Below are positions 17,998 through 26,825 of a stretch of DNA of 64,000 bases, one piece after another (position 1 is the stretch's first letter; each line of letters starts with the position of its first letter). The DNA comes from Candidatus Eiseniibacteriota bacterium (GTDB taxonomy: Bacteria; Eisenbacteria; RBG-16-71-46; CAIMUX01; VGJL01). The stretch lies in NCBI GenBank assembly GCA_041946735.1, contig JBHGAY010000017.1:1-64000 (forward strand), given 5' to 3'. Below the pieces are notes generated by a model. The model saw only the letters and a list, made by a program, of their open reading frames with translations. It was not told the origin of the DNA and searched no databases. The position numbers were made by a program, and so were the translations under genes.

Positions 17998-20220
17998 GTG
18001 AGACCTCTCGCGTGTTTCGCTTCCATCGCGTTGCTCGGTTGTGCTCTCTGTCTTCCTCACGCCTCGGCCGACTGCATCGACTATGAAGCGTACATGCACT
18101 GGATCACCAGCGTCCCCACGGACCCCTACGGCACGCTTCACGACGTCTGCCTCTCGGGCGTATACGCCTACGCGACGCAGCAGGATAGCTCGGGAGGGAG
18201 TTGCGGCTTCGATGTGTTCGACGTCGGCGACCCGGCCGCGCCACGCCTCCGCGGGACGGTCCTGACGCCCGGGCAAGGCGGGGAGGTCATCGTCTCCGGC
18301 GGCATCGCCTACATGACCTGTCGGGACGAATGGAGAGGTGTCGCAGCGATCGATGTCACCGATCCGGATCGGCCACAGCTCGTCACGGCGCTGCCACTTT
18401 CCAGCAACCCCTACGGCCTCGCGATCTCCGGGTCGAGCTTGTTCGTCGCCAATGGATCCGGCGGCCTTCTCGTCGTCGATGTTTCCGATCCGGCGGTCCC
18501 GAGGCTTTATCCCGAGGGAAGGACTTCGAACCGGCATCTCCCTGCCTACGATGTCGCGGTATCGGAATCGGCCGCCTACGCCTTCGTAGCCGACATCGAC
18601 GCCCTGAAGGTGGTCGACATCACGGATCCTCGTGAGCTCCAGGTCGTGGGAATCGCGCCGGGCGGGGGCGGCGGGAGCATCGCGGTGGCCGGACCGTGGG
18701 CCTACACGATCACCGAGCGGGAGCTGCGAGTGACAGACATTTCCGATCCGGGGAATCCGCGGCTCGTGGCGACGCTGCCCGATGGCGGTGGCTTCGCGCT
18801 CACCGTCTCGGGGACGCACGTCCTGGTCGCCAGCTGGCAGGGCGTGAAATCGATCGATGTTTCCGTCCCCGATGCGCCGCGTCTGAACGGTATCGCGCCC
18901 TCCCGCGATCCTGCAGGAGTGGCAGCTTCGGGACGCTACGCTTTTCTCGCGGACGACTCGGCCGGGCTGAGTGTCATGGATCTCGGAAACTACCAGCCGC
19001 CTCCGATCCTCGGTGGCGTGCCTGATCTGCGATGGGTCGAGCACCTGGCGGTCTCGGGGATCTACGCGTATATCCCGGGCCATGACTGGCCGGCCGGCCA
19101 GTTCAGCGTGGTCGACATCGCGGACCCGTCAAGCTCGCACCTCGTGGGGAGCATTGTGACCGAGGCGGGAGCCATGGGCGCCGCCGTATCCGGGAACCAC
19201 GCGTTCGTGACGACGCGGTATGGCTACGACGACTCGCGGTTCTCGAGCGTCGACGTCAGCGATCCAACGGATCCTTTCATCATCGGAGGCGTCAACCTGC
19301 CGGGTTGGGCCGACTGCATTGCGATTTCCGGCGACTACGCGTACGTCTGCACCAGAGAGACGCTACAGGTGATCCGCATCGCGAATCCCGCGACTCCCGT
19401 GAGAGTCAGTCACGACGCGATCCCGTCGGAAGGAGTGGACCTCGCGCTGACGGGGAACCGCGTCTACGTAGCCTGCCGAGGGACAGGCCTCCTCATCTTC
19501 GACATCGGCAACCCCGCGAATCCGGGGCTTCTGGGCACCTTCGAAATCGGAAACTGGACGACGGGCGTTGCCGTGTCGGGAACGACGGCGTTCGTCACGG
19601 AGGGGCACACGGGACTCTGGGTCATCGACTGCGCCGTTCCCGAAAGCCCCGTCGTCTTGGGAATGGGAGCCGGCTTGGCAGCGTTCGAGGGCGTCGCCGT
19701 CGATGGGTCCACCGCGTACGTGATGGACTGGGCGGGTTGCGTGGAGGTGTTCGACGTCGCCGACCTCGAGAGTCCAAGGAACATCGGCAGGGTTCGGCTA
19801 CCCGGATCGATCGCACAAAAAGGGATCATCCGAGGCGAGGAGGTGTATGTCGCGGACGGAGCGCGGGGGCTTCAGATCATTCCGACCCACTGCCAGTCGA
19901 GGCTGATCGATACGCCGGAGGCTGGCATCGCCCCCGCGCACGGCATCGGCATCGAGGCGTTTCCGAATCCAGCATCCCGGGGGGCGCACCTGGTCCTCCG
20001 TCTTTCTGAGCCGAGCCGCGTTGCAGTGACGATTCACGACATCCGTGGCAGGCGGGTGCGTGTCCTCGGGGACGGTGAAGTGCTGGCAGGAGGCATGCGC
20101 GTTCTGCTCTGGGACGGTCGCGACGATCAGGGACGACCTGTCCCCGCCGGCGTGTATCTCGGCCGCGCAGCGATCGCGGATGGTGGTACGAGCATCGCCC
20201 GATGCGTGATGTTGCCGTAG
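17998..20220 (+). CDS. Secreted LVIVD-repeat beta-propeller protein with FlgD-Ig/T9SS-type CTD
   Basis: Signal peptide; many YAYVA..GL.VVD.SDP..P repeats; CTD FPNP...DIRGRRV...WDGRD..G..VPAGVY. Confidence 0.85.
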   Translation: MRPLACFASIALLGCALCLPHASADCIDYEAYMHWITSVPTDPYGTLHDVCLSGVYAYATQQDSSGGSCGFDVFDVGDPAAPRLRGTVLTPGQGGEVIVSGGIAYMTCRDEWRGVAAIDVTDPDRPQLVTALPLSSNPYGLAISGSSLFVANGSGGLLVVDVSDPAVPRLYPEGRTSNRHLPAYDVAVSESAAYAFVADIDALKVVDITDPRELQVVGIAPGGGGGSIAVAGPWAYTITERELRVTDISDPGNPRLVATLPDGGGFALTVSGTHVLVASWQGVKSIDVSVPDAPRLNGIAPSRDPAGVAASGRYAFLADDSAGLSVMDLGNYQPPPILGGVPDLRWVEHLAVSGIYAYIPGHDWPAGQFSVVDIADPSSSHLVGSIVTEAGAMGAAVSGNHAFVTTRYGYDDSRFSSVDVSDPTDPFIIGGVNLPGWADCIAISGDYAYVCTRETLQVIRIANPATPVRVSHDAIPSEGVDLALTGNRVYVACRGTGLLIFDIGNPANPGLLGTFEIGNWTTGVAVSGTTAFVTEGHTGLWVIDCAVPESPVVLGMGAGLAAFEGVAVDGSTAYVMDWAGCVEVFDVADLESPRNIGRVRLPGSIAQKGIIRGEEVYVADGARGLQIIPTHCQSRLIDTPEAGIAPAHGIGIEAFPNPASRGAHLVLRLSEPSRVAVTIHDIRGRRVRVLGDGEVLAGGMRVLLWDGRDDQGRPVPAGVYLGRAAIADGGTSIARCVMLP

Positions 20221-20286
20221 CCTCGATTCCCCAGCGCGGACCGGCGCTGCCGGATGCCCTCGCACCCGAGCGAAAGGAGAGTCGCC

Positions 20287-20643
20287 TTGCGCCCCTGGAG
20301 ATATGAGCGTCGTCACGAACCGCTCCTCGGCCGGCGCGCCTACTTGATGCGCTTGGCCGCGCACGGTGGCGCGGGCGTCGCCATCGCCCTGCCGGCCCTC
20401 GCGATCGGGGTGGTCGGCTACCGGTACACCGAAGGGATGACGTGGCTTGACTCCTTCGTGAACGCATCAATGATCTTGAGCGGTATGGGCCCAGCGGGTG
20501 CGTTGAGCACATCCGGCGGGAAGCTGTTCGCAGGACTCTACGCCTTGTTCTCCGGTGTAGTGTTCCTCGTCGTGGTCGGCGTGTTCCTGGCTCCCGTGAT
20601 CCATCGTTTCCTCCATCGGTTCCATCTGGAGATCGAAGAGTGA
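20287..20643 (+). CDS. Small two-TM membrane protein (ion-channel pore-like topology)
   Basis: TM-EGMTWLDSFVNASMILSGMGP-TM; TTG start after AAGGAG. Confidence 0.7.
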   Translation: MRPWRYERRHEPLLGRRAYLMRLAAHGGAGVAIALPALAIGVVGYRYTEGMTWLDSFVNASMILSGMGPAGALSTSGGKLFAGLYALFSGVVFLVVVGVFLAPVIHRFLHRFHLEIEE

Positions 20644-20745
20644 ACCGGCTGCGTCAGCCGGTCCGTTCGTAGCGAGCCGCACCCCGTAGGCTCGTACGCG
20701 TCCGGCGGCGTCGGGCGGATGGGAAATCCCGCCAGCGCCGCGATC

Positions 20746-20786
20746 TTCTTGACTCTCGATCGGGGCTTTCCGACACTCCTCGCCAG
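20746..20786. promoter_or_regulatory. Putative AraC operator/promoter directly upstream of araC
   Basis: TTCTTGAC-N18-GACACT-N3-CGCCAG, with identical spacing to the motif at 23649-23689. Confidence 0.5.
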
Positions 20787-21797
20787 ATGAGTAAGGCGCC
20801 TCCCTCGATCGCCGCGACCAGCACACTCGCGATGGTCCGCACCGCCGAAGCGCGCGGAGTCCGGACGGCCGATCTGCTGGAAGAAGCGGGGATCTCTCGC
20901 GCATCGCTGGATGATCCGGACGCGCGGCTTCCCGGTCCGGTCGTCCTGTCGATCTGGAATGCGTTGCGCGACCGAACGGCGGATCCGGTCCTCCAGCTCA
21001 CGGCACCCGTGAGTCTTCCGTTCGGCGCCTACCGCGTGATCGATTATCTCGTCGCCGCTTCCGCCACGGTCGGCGACGGGGTGCGACGCTTCGCTCGATT
21101 CTTCCGGCTGATCGCCGATGCCGTCACTCTCGAAGTCCGGAGGACGGGCCACGAGTATCAACTCTGCCTCGAGAGGTCGGACGGTGGCGCGGTCCCGCCC
21201 GTCTATGTCGATTACGTCTTCGCCGCTCTCGTCGGCCGCACTCGAATGAGGATCCGGCCGGACCTGCGCGTGCTCCGGGTCGATCTTCGCCAGCCCGCGC
21301 CGCAGGCGACTGCGCCCTACGTCGAGGTCTTTCGCGCGCCCGTCCGCTTCGGAGCCGACGCCGACCGGCTCTGCTTCACGGAGGAGGAGTGGAACGCGCC
21401 GACGGAGAGCGGGGACGCGGCCCTCGCCCGGCTTCTGGAGGAGCACGCGCGGATCCTCGCGCAGCGGATCCCGCAGGCTCCTCCCGGCTTTCGCACCGAG
21501 GTGCAGAAGGCGATCGCCTCCACGCTACCCGAAGGCGGATCGGCCGTGGAAGTCGCGCGCGCGCTGCACGTGAGCGTCCGAACGCTTCAGAGGAAGCTCG
21601 TCGAGATCGGCACCACCTTCCGGGAGATGTCCGACTCGGTGCGCGCGCAGCTCGCCGAGGAATACCTGACCGATCCTCAGGTGTCGATCGCGGAGGTCGC
21701 CTTCCTGCTCGGTTTCAGTGATCAGAGCGCCTTCCACCGGGCCTTCCGCCGACGGACGGGGGAGTCGCCCGGGCGGTGGAGACGGCGGCGCGGTTGA
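20787..21797 (+). CDS. AraC family transcriptional regulator (Arabinose_bd_2 N-domain)
   Basis: LDDPDARLP N-terminus; HTH VARALHVSVRTLQRKL...IAEVAFLLGFSDQSAFHRAFRR. Confidence 0.92.
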   Translation: MSKAPPSIAATSTLAMVRTAEARGVRTADLLEEAGISRASLDDPDARLPGPVVLSIWNALRDRTADPVLQLTAPVSLPFGAYRVIDYLVAASATVGDGVRRFARFFRLIADAVTLEVRRTGHEYQLCLERSDGGAVPPVYVDYVFAALVGRTRMRIRPDLRVLRVDLRQPAPQATAPYVEVFRAPVRFGADADRLCFTEEEWNAPTESGDAALARLLEEHARILAQRIPQAPPGFRTEVQKAIASTLPEGGSAVEVARALHVSVRTLQRKLVEIGTTFREMSDSVRAQLAEEYLTDPQVSIAEVAFLLGFSDQSAFHRAFRRRTGESPGRWRRRRG

Positions 21798-21801
21798 GAT
21801 C

Positions 21802-22470
21802 TCAGTACCCGTACCCAACGCCAAGGCTCCCGTAGATCGGAGGATTGATCTCGTCGAACTCCTCCGTGCGGCGCCAACCGAAGCGTCCGACCAGCTCGGC
21901 CTTCCCGATCGCGTAGCCGCCGACCAGACCGTAGTGATAGGTGCCGCCGGCGTTCAAGTACCAGCCGTCCTTCGCGTCGGGATAGAAATACTTCCGGTAC
22001 CAATCACTGTGAGTCACGTGCGTGATGATCGCCTTGTCGAACCCGAACTCGCCCCCACCGAACCAGCTCTCGCGATAGACGCCGAGAGTACCTGTGAAGT
22101 CCGATCCGAAGTTGAAGCCACGGTAGATCGAGTTCTGCGTGCCGCGGGTCAGGAACGTCGCGCTGCCCGTGAAATGGACGGACCGCCAGTTCACGATCGA
22201 TGTCTGCACGCCGAGCCTGGCCCGGAAATCATGCAGGTCCATGTGCGCGGCGGCGAGGCCGGCATCGACGCCGAAGTGGAAGTCGTGATCGAATAGCGGG
22301 ACGACTCGTCCCACTCCCATCGAGCTGACGAAAGCCGGATCCAACCCGAACGACGTGTACACGCGATTGCGGTCGGCGTCGAAGCGGGCCACGTTCCACT
22401 GAGCGGCGGCGTCGCGCGCGGCGAGCGCCGGCAACAGCGCAGCCACGAGGATGAAGAGAGTGAGCTTCAT
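21802..22470 (-). CDS. Secreted hypothetical protein, probable small outer-membrane beta-barrel
   Basis: Signal peptide, alternating beta pattern, aromatic C-terminus (LGVGYGY); overlaps the hydrolase stop. Confidence 0.7.
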   Translation of the reverse strand: MKLTLFILVAALLPALAARDAAAQWNVARFDADRNRVYTSFGLDPAFVSSMGVGRVVPLFDHDFHFGVDAGLAAAHMDLHDFRARLGVQTSIVNWRSVHFTGSATFLTRGTQNSIYRGFNFGSDFTGTLGVYRESWFGGGEFGFDKAIITHVTHSDWYRKYFYPDAKDGWYLNAGGTYHYGLVGGYAIGKAELVGRFGWRRTEEFDEINPPIYGSLGVGYGY

Positions 22471-23528
22471 TGCTGGTTGCCTCCCCGCCGGCCGAAGAGA
22501 TAAGCGCGAATGTGGCCGACGACTTCGGCCGCTTTTACCCAGGCGACATCGTGCCCGGCGCCCTCGACGACGACGAGCGACGCCGACGGATAGTGCTTCA
22601 TCTGCTCCTTCTGGAGCGACTCTCCGAGCACCTCGCTCATCGAGCCGGTCAGGAAGAGCACCGGAGTCGCAAATTCCGAGAGATGCGTGGTGAAGTCGTA
22701 GTTGAAGACGCCGTCGTTGTCCTGCCCGTCCTCCGTGATGTAGCGGTTGGCGGCGGCTCCCAGGCGCCAGACCGGCTCTGGATCGGTCGTCGAGAGATGG
22801 AAGCGAGGCTGGCCGTCCTTCATGCCGATCAGCCGCTCGAAGTCCATTCGCGCATGATCGTCCGCGCTGAAGAACTGGCTGTTCCAGGCCCAATCGTTGA
22901 GCCACTCGGATCCGAGGTCCATGTCGAAGATGTCGTCCTTGATCCGCTCCGCCGTCTCGCCGTCCAGCGGACCAGGCTCGATCAGCACGGCGCCGGCAAC
23001 CTTCTCGGGGTGCTCGTTGATGTAACGCGTGGCGTACATTCCGCCCCACGAGACCCCGATGAGGAACGCGGGCCTTCCGGGCGAGTAGCGGTCGATCAAC
23101 GCGTCGAGATCGCGAACGTAGACATCGATCTTCAGCCGGTCCTTGCCATTGCGTTGGGAGAGGCCGGCGCCTCGTTGGTCCCAGAGGACCATGAAGTAGT
23201 CGTCGGTCAGACTGTAGCCGTCGAATCGCTCCGTCAGCCGGAGAGCCGACCTGTAGTCGCCGCCCGGTCCGCCGTGCAGGAAGACGATGACCGGGTTCGA
23301 GGGATTTCCGAACGTCTCCGCATGGAACCGTGTCCCGTTCAGCTCGATCGAAGGCAGGCTGAGATCCTGGTCCACCGTGGCCGGCACCAGCGCGCCAGGC
23401 TCATCGGGCGCCATCGTTTCGCAGGAAGTCGCCCCCAGGACCGCGACCAGCAGCAGCAACGGCAACAGCAGGAGCGGGGTCGCGGGGTTCAGGGCTCGGG
23501 GGGCGGGAGCGTGGTGGATCGTGAACAT
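22467..23528 (-). CDS. Alpha/beta hydrolase (proline-iminopeptidase-like), probable lipoprotein
   Basis: LHGGPG, WDQRGAG, GVSWGG nucleophile, GAGH; lipobox-like ATSC. Confidence 0.88.
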   Translation of the reverse strand: MFTIHHAPAPRALNPATPLLLLPLLLLVAVLGATSCETMAPDEPGALVPATVDQDLSLPSIELNGTRFHAETFGNPSNPVIVFLHGGPGGDYRSALRLTERFDGYSLTDDYFMVLWDQRGAGLSQRNGKDRLKIDVYVRDLDALIDRYSPGRPAFLIGVSWGGMYATRYINEHPEKVAGAVLIEPGPLDGETAERIKDDIFDMDLGSEWLNDWAWNSQFFSADDHARMDFERLIGMKDGQPRFHLSTTDPEPVWRLGAAANRYITEDGQDNDGVFNYDFTTHLSEFATPVLFLTGSMSEVLGESLQKEQMKHYPSASLVVVEGAGHDVAWVKAAEVVGHIRAYLFGRRGGNQQ

Positions 23529-23648
23529 CGGTACGTATCACCTCCTCGGGATCTTTGGGGTTCGTCGTTGCGACAACGGGGGGCGGCCTTCGCCTTCGCG
23601 CGCGCCTCGTTCTCGAACAGGAGAACCTAGCGGGAGCGGCTCCCGGCT

Positions 23649-23689
23649 TTCTTGACCCGCCGCGCCGACTTTTTGACACTTCGCGCCAG
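23649..23689 (-). promoter_or_regulatory. Putative AraC tandem binding site upstream of the hydrolase operon
   Basis: Direct repeats TTGACCCGCCGCGCCGA / TTGACACTTCGCGCCAG with a 21-bp period, about 120 nt before the start. Confidence 0.6.
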
Positions 23690-23837
23690 GCCGAAGCTGC
23701 GGTTCGGCGATAGGAGGGAAGGTGAGGAGGGAAGGAAAGACGCGGCGCAGGTCACGCTACTCGCCCCGGATCCATCTGCTGGATCGCACGCGGGGCATGA
23801 TGCCCTGACGGAGCATCGCAGGGTCTGGCAGGTGTCT

Positions 23838-23878
23838 GCCGCCGGTCCGGCGCGGAGGTGTCTCGCCGGACCGGCGGC
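23838..23878 (-). terminator. Hairpin downstream of the CTD protein gene
   Basis: 15-bp perfect inverted repeat GCCGCCGGTCCGGCG / CGCCGGACCGGCGGC; no U-tract. Confidence 0.45.
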
Positions 23879-23886
23879 CGGTTGCC

Positions 23887-25260
23887 CTACCTCATCAGGA
23901 CGACGCGCAGCGCGGCTCGCTGACCGCCGTCACCCTCCGCTCGTACCAGGTAGACGCCCGCAGGCAGATCCGCCGGGAGCGTGAAGGCGCTCGCGCCGGC
24001 GGCGAAGGTTTGCGTCACCGGCTCGGCGACCTGCCTGCCGGTGACATCGACGACCGACAAGCGAACCGTTGCGCCGTGCTCGAGATCCAGCCGCAGCGTG
24101 ACGGTCCCTGCGATGTCGCTCGGGTTCCCCAGACTGCGCAAGACGAACGCGGGCGAGCCCGGCTCCGGCGCGAACGGGTCGGTGAGGCCGGAGGCGAGCG
24201 CGTCGCAAGCGTAGTGCAGATCCTGCTCCGTCGCGCTGCGGTAGGCGGCGTGCGGCCGGCTCTGCGCGTCGAGCGCGAGCGAGCACCATTGGTCCGTCCA
24301 TCCCATCGCTTCGACGTCCTCGTGGATCCAGCCGCCATCCTCGTAGGAGTTGTACTGGACGATCCCGTTGCCGAGATCCCAGCTCAGGATGCGAGGGTCG
24401 CCGCCCGGGACGAGCCGGAGGGAGCTGTACAAGCCCTTTTGCCCGCCGGGGCGGACGATCTGCGTCACCCATGTGTCCCCGGGCCCGGTGCGCGAGGCGT
24501 ACTTCAAATGGGATCCCTGCCCGAACTGGTAGGCATAACTGATACGCGGGACGTCGTTCTCGTCGAGCGCGATCGAGGTCCCGATCGGAGTGCCGCCGTC
24601 GACCGACTCCCGGATCCATTGCGCACCGTCCCAGTGGGCGTAGCGAAGCTGGCCGGTCGTGTGATCCGCATGGGAGATGTGCGGGCGATCCTGCGAATCG
24701 AGAGCGAGCGAGGTGTAGAGGCCGGCCCCCATCCCGGCCGCGCCGTCCTCGACGACCTCGATGTGCCAGGAGACGCCGTCGAAACGCGCGTACTTCAGAT
24801 CCCCGTTCGTGTAGTCGTAGTAGCTGATGCAAGGATTGCCCGAATGATCGAGGGCGAGGCTGCAGCACTGGCCGACGTACGCCGCGTTGTCGACCGTCTC
24901 CTTCGTCCAGGTTCCGGCCGACCATCGGGCGTAACGCAGGGCGGAGGCGCTCAGGTCCCAGTAGGCGATTCGGGGATCGCCGGAGGCGTCGAAGGCGAGC
25001 GACGTGTACCAGCCTGTCCGGTTTGCCGCGTCGACCGTCTCCGCGTGCCAGGAGACGCCGTCGAATCGCGCGAACTTCAGGTCGTCGGTCGCGGAGGCGC
25101 AGTAGGAGATCGCCGGGCGTCCGGAGGGATCGAGCGCGATCGACGCGTAGGCGCCGACGTCGCCGGGGCCGTCCACGGTCGTGATCTCCCAGGTGATGGC
25201 GAACGCTGGTCGGGTGAGCAAGATCATCAGGGCAGCGAGAAGCAGCGGTGCTCGGTTCAT
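23887..25260 (-). CDS. Secreted beta-propeller repeat protein with T9SS-type CTD
   Basis: Signal peptide; repeats W..ETVD..G...SLALD..G.P.ISY...LKYA; CTD DVTGRQV...LPAGVYLVR. Confidence 0.82.
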   Translation of the reverse strand: MNRAPLLLAALMILLTRPAFAITWEITTVDGPGDVGAYASIALDPSGRPAISYCASATDDLKFARFDGVSWHAETVDAANRTGWYTSLAFDASGDPRIAYWDLSASALRYARWSAGTWTKETVDNAAYVGQCCSLALDHSGNPCISYYDYTNGDLKYARFDGVSWHIEVVEDGAAGMGAGLYTSLALDSQDRPHISHADHTTGQLRYAHWDGAQWIRESVDGGTPIGTSIALDENDVPRISYAYQFGQGSHLKYASRTGPGDTWVTQIVRPGGQKGLYSSLRLVPGGDPRILSWDLGNGIVQYNSYEDGGWIHEDVEAMGWTDQWCSLALDAQSRPHAAYRSATEQDLHYACDALASGLTDPFAPEPGSPAFVLRSLGNPSDIAGTVTLRLDLEHGATVRLSVVDVTGRQVAEPVTQTFAAGASAFTLPADLPAGVYLVRAEGDGGQRAALRVVLMR

Positions 25261-25488
25261 TTCACGATGTCCTTTCCGTGCGCGGAGCGCAGCCTTCCGG
25301 ATACGCGAAATGGGATGGCAAAACCTGAAAGCCGGGCTCCCTCGTGGAGGCCTGAGGGCGCGCCGCGCGCGCCGGATCCTCCGTCGAGCAGCGGCGAGGA
25401 TACCACGGAGCCCCACCTCCCGGCGCGGGAAGACTCGAGTCGAGTTTCGACCGGTCGGAACGAATAGCGGGCCTCGTCGATCGCGCCT

Positions 25489-26706
25489 ATGATCGTTGGC
25501 GTGCAACAGCATCTGGCAGTACTCCGGGACGCACCGGACCCGTCCCCGCGGCTCGACTTCGACTGGATCCAGTCGCCGGCCGGGTTCTTCCGTCTCCGAC
25601 GACGATGGGACGAGTGGCACGCCCGCCTTGGCGTCGACAACGTCTTTCAGTCCTATGACTGGCTTCGACTCTGGCTGCGGATCTATGAACCGGGCGCGCG
25701 CCTGCTGATCGGTATAGCCCGGAGCGCGGGGGAGATCGCCGGGATCGCTCCCTTCTACTTCGCGAACGAGAAGGTCACGCCGTTCGGGCCGACACTCCGC
25801 GCAGTTCGCCTGCTCGGCGACGCAACGCTCTGCCCGGACCACATCGTCATTCCTGTCCGGCGCGGCCACGAGGAGCGATTTGCCGCCGGCGTGCTGGAGC
25901 ACCTCCGCTCGATCTCGCACGAGTGGGATCGGGTCGAACTACGGGATCTGCGGAGCGGCCAACCCGTTCTCCGCCCCCTGCACGATCACGCCGCGATGGG
26001 GCAGGATGAGCCTGCGATTCGTGAGCGGACGCACTGCCCGTTCGTTGCGCTCCCATCGACGTGGGAGGAGTACCTCGACTCGCTCGGGTCGAAGACGCGC
26101 AAGACGATCCGGCAGCGGTGGAACAGGATCGAGCGCGACCTGTCCGCCACGCTGCCGCGGCCTGCCGATCGAGCCGACCTCGACCGGCTGATGGCGCATC
26201 TCGAGGAACTGCACGGCCGCAGCTGGGAGAAGAGGGGACGGACGGGCGTCTTCGCCTGCGCTCGATTCCGCGCGTTCCACCGTCTTCACGCGCGCCGCGC
26301 GTTCCGCTCGAAGCGCCTGTGGATGCTCGCGCTGCGCTCGCCGGATCGCGTTCTTGCCGTGACGCTGGGATTCCGGGATGCGAGGGCTGCGCACGGCTAC
26401 CAGATCGGGCATGACCCGGATGCGCGCGCCTACGGTATCGGCTCGGTGATGGTCGCGCTGTCGATCCGCTCGGCCATCGAGGACGGCCTATCCGAGATGG
26501 ACTTTCTGCGAGGCGCCGGCGACTACAAATATCACTTCGCGGCGCAAGAGCGGCGGGGTCTCGATTTCGTCCTGCACGCGGGCACGCTCCCGGATCAGGC
26601 TGCGCAGGCGGCGGCGCAGTTGCGAAGTGGCGCGGGATCGTTGCTCCGCGGGACGATCGGCCGGGAGCCGACGCGGTGGATCAAGCGCCACCTGCGCATG
26701 ACCTGA
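25489..26706 (+). CDS. GNAT acetyltransferase (CelD/BcsL, Acetyltransf_6)
   Basis: FQSYDWL..W, WEEYL..L..KTR, DFLRGAGDYK. Confidence 0.85.
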   Translation: MIVGVQQHLAVLRDAPDPSPRLDFDWIQSPAGFFRLRRRWDEWHARLGVDNVFQSYDWLRLWLRIYEPGARLLIGIARSAGEIAGIAPFYFANEKVTPFGPTLRAVRLLGDATLCPDHIVIPVRRGHEERFAAGVLEHLRSISHEWDRVELRDLRSGQPVLRPLHDHAAMGQDEPAIRERTHCPFVALPSTWEEYLDSLGSKTRKTIRQRWNRIERDLSATLPRPADRADLDRLMAHLEELHGRSWEKRGRTGVFACARFRAFHRLHARRAFRSKRLWMLALRSPDRVLAVTLGFRDARAAHGYQIGHDPDARAYGIGSVMVALSIRSAIEDGLSEMDFLRGAGDYKYHFAAQERRGLDFVLHAGTLPDQAAQAAAQLRSGAGSLLRGTIGREPTRWIKRHLRMT

Positions 26707-26825
26707 CGGCCGACCCCCAGGCGGTCGGATCCTATCGGTCGTCCAGTCGAGGTGAGATAAAGGAGCGGCGTCGCCGGTCAGCGATGCCGCTCCCATGCTC
26801 CTCTCACGCGCGGAGAGGATCCACT

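Noticed and set aside
24700..25100. Near-duplicate DNA segments in the 23887-25260 gene as a DGR template/variable repeat
   Set aside because: They are in-frame propeller repeats (LKF/YARFDGVSWH), and no reverse transcriptase is present.
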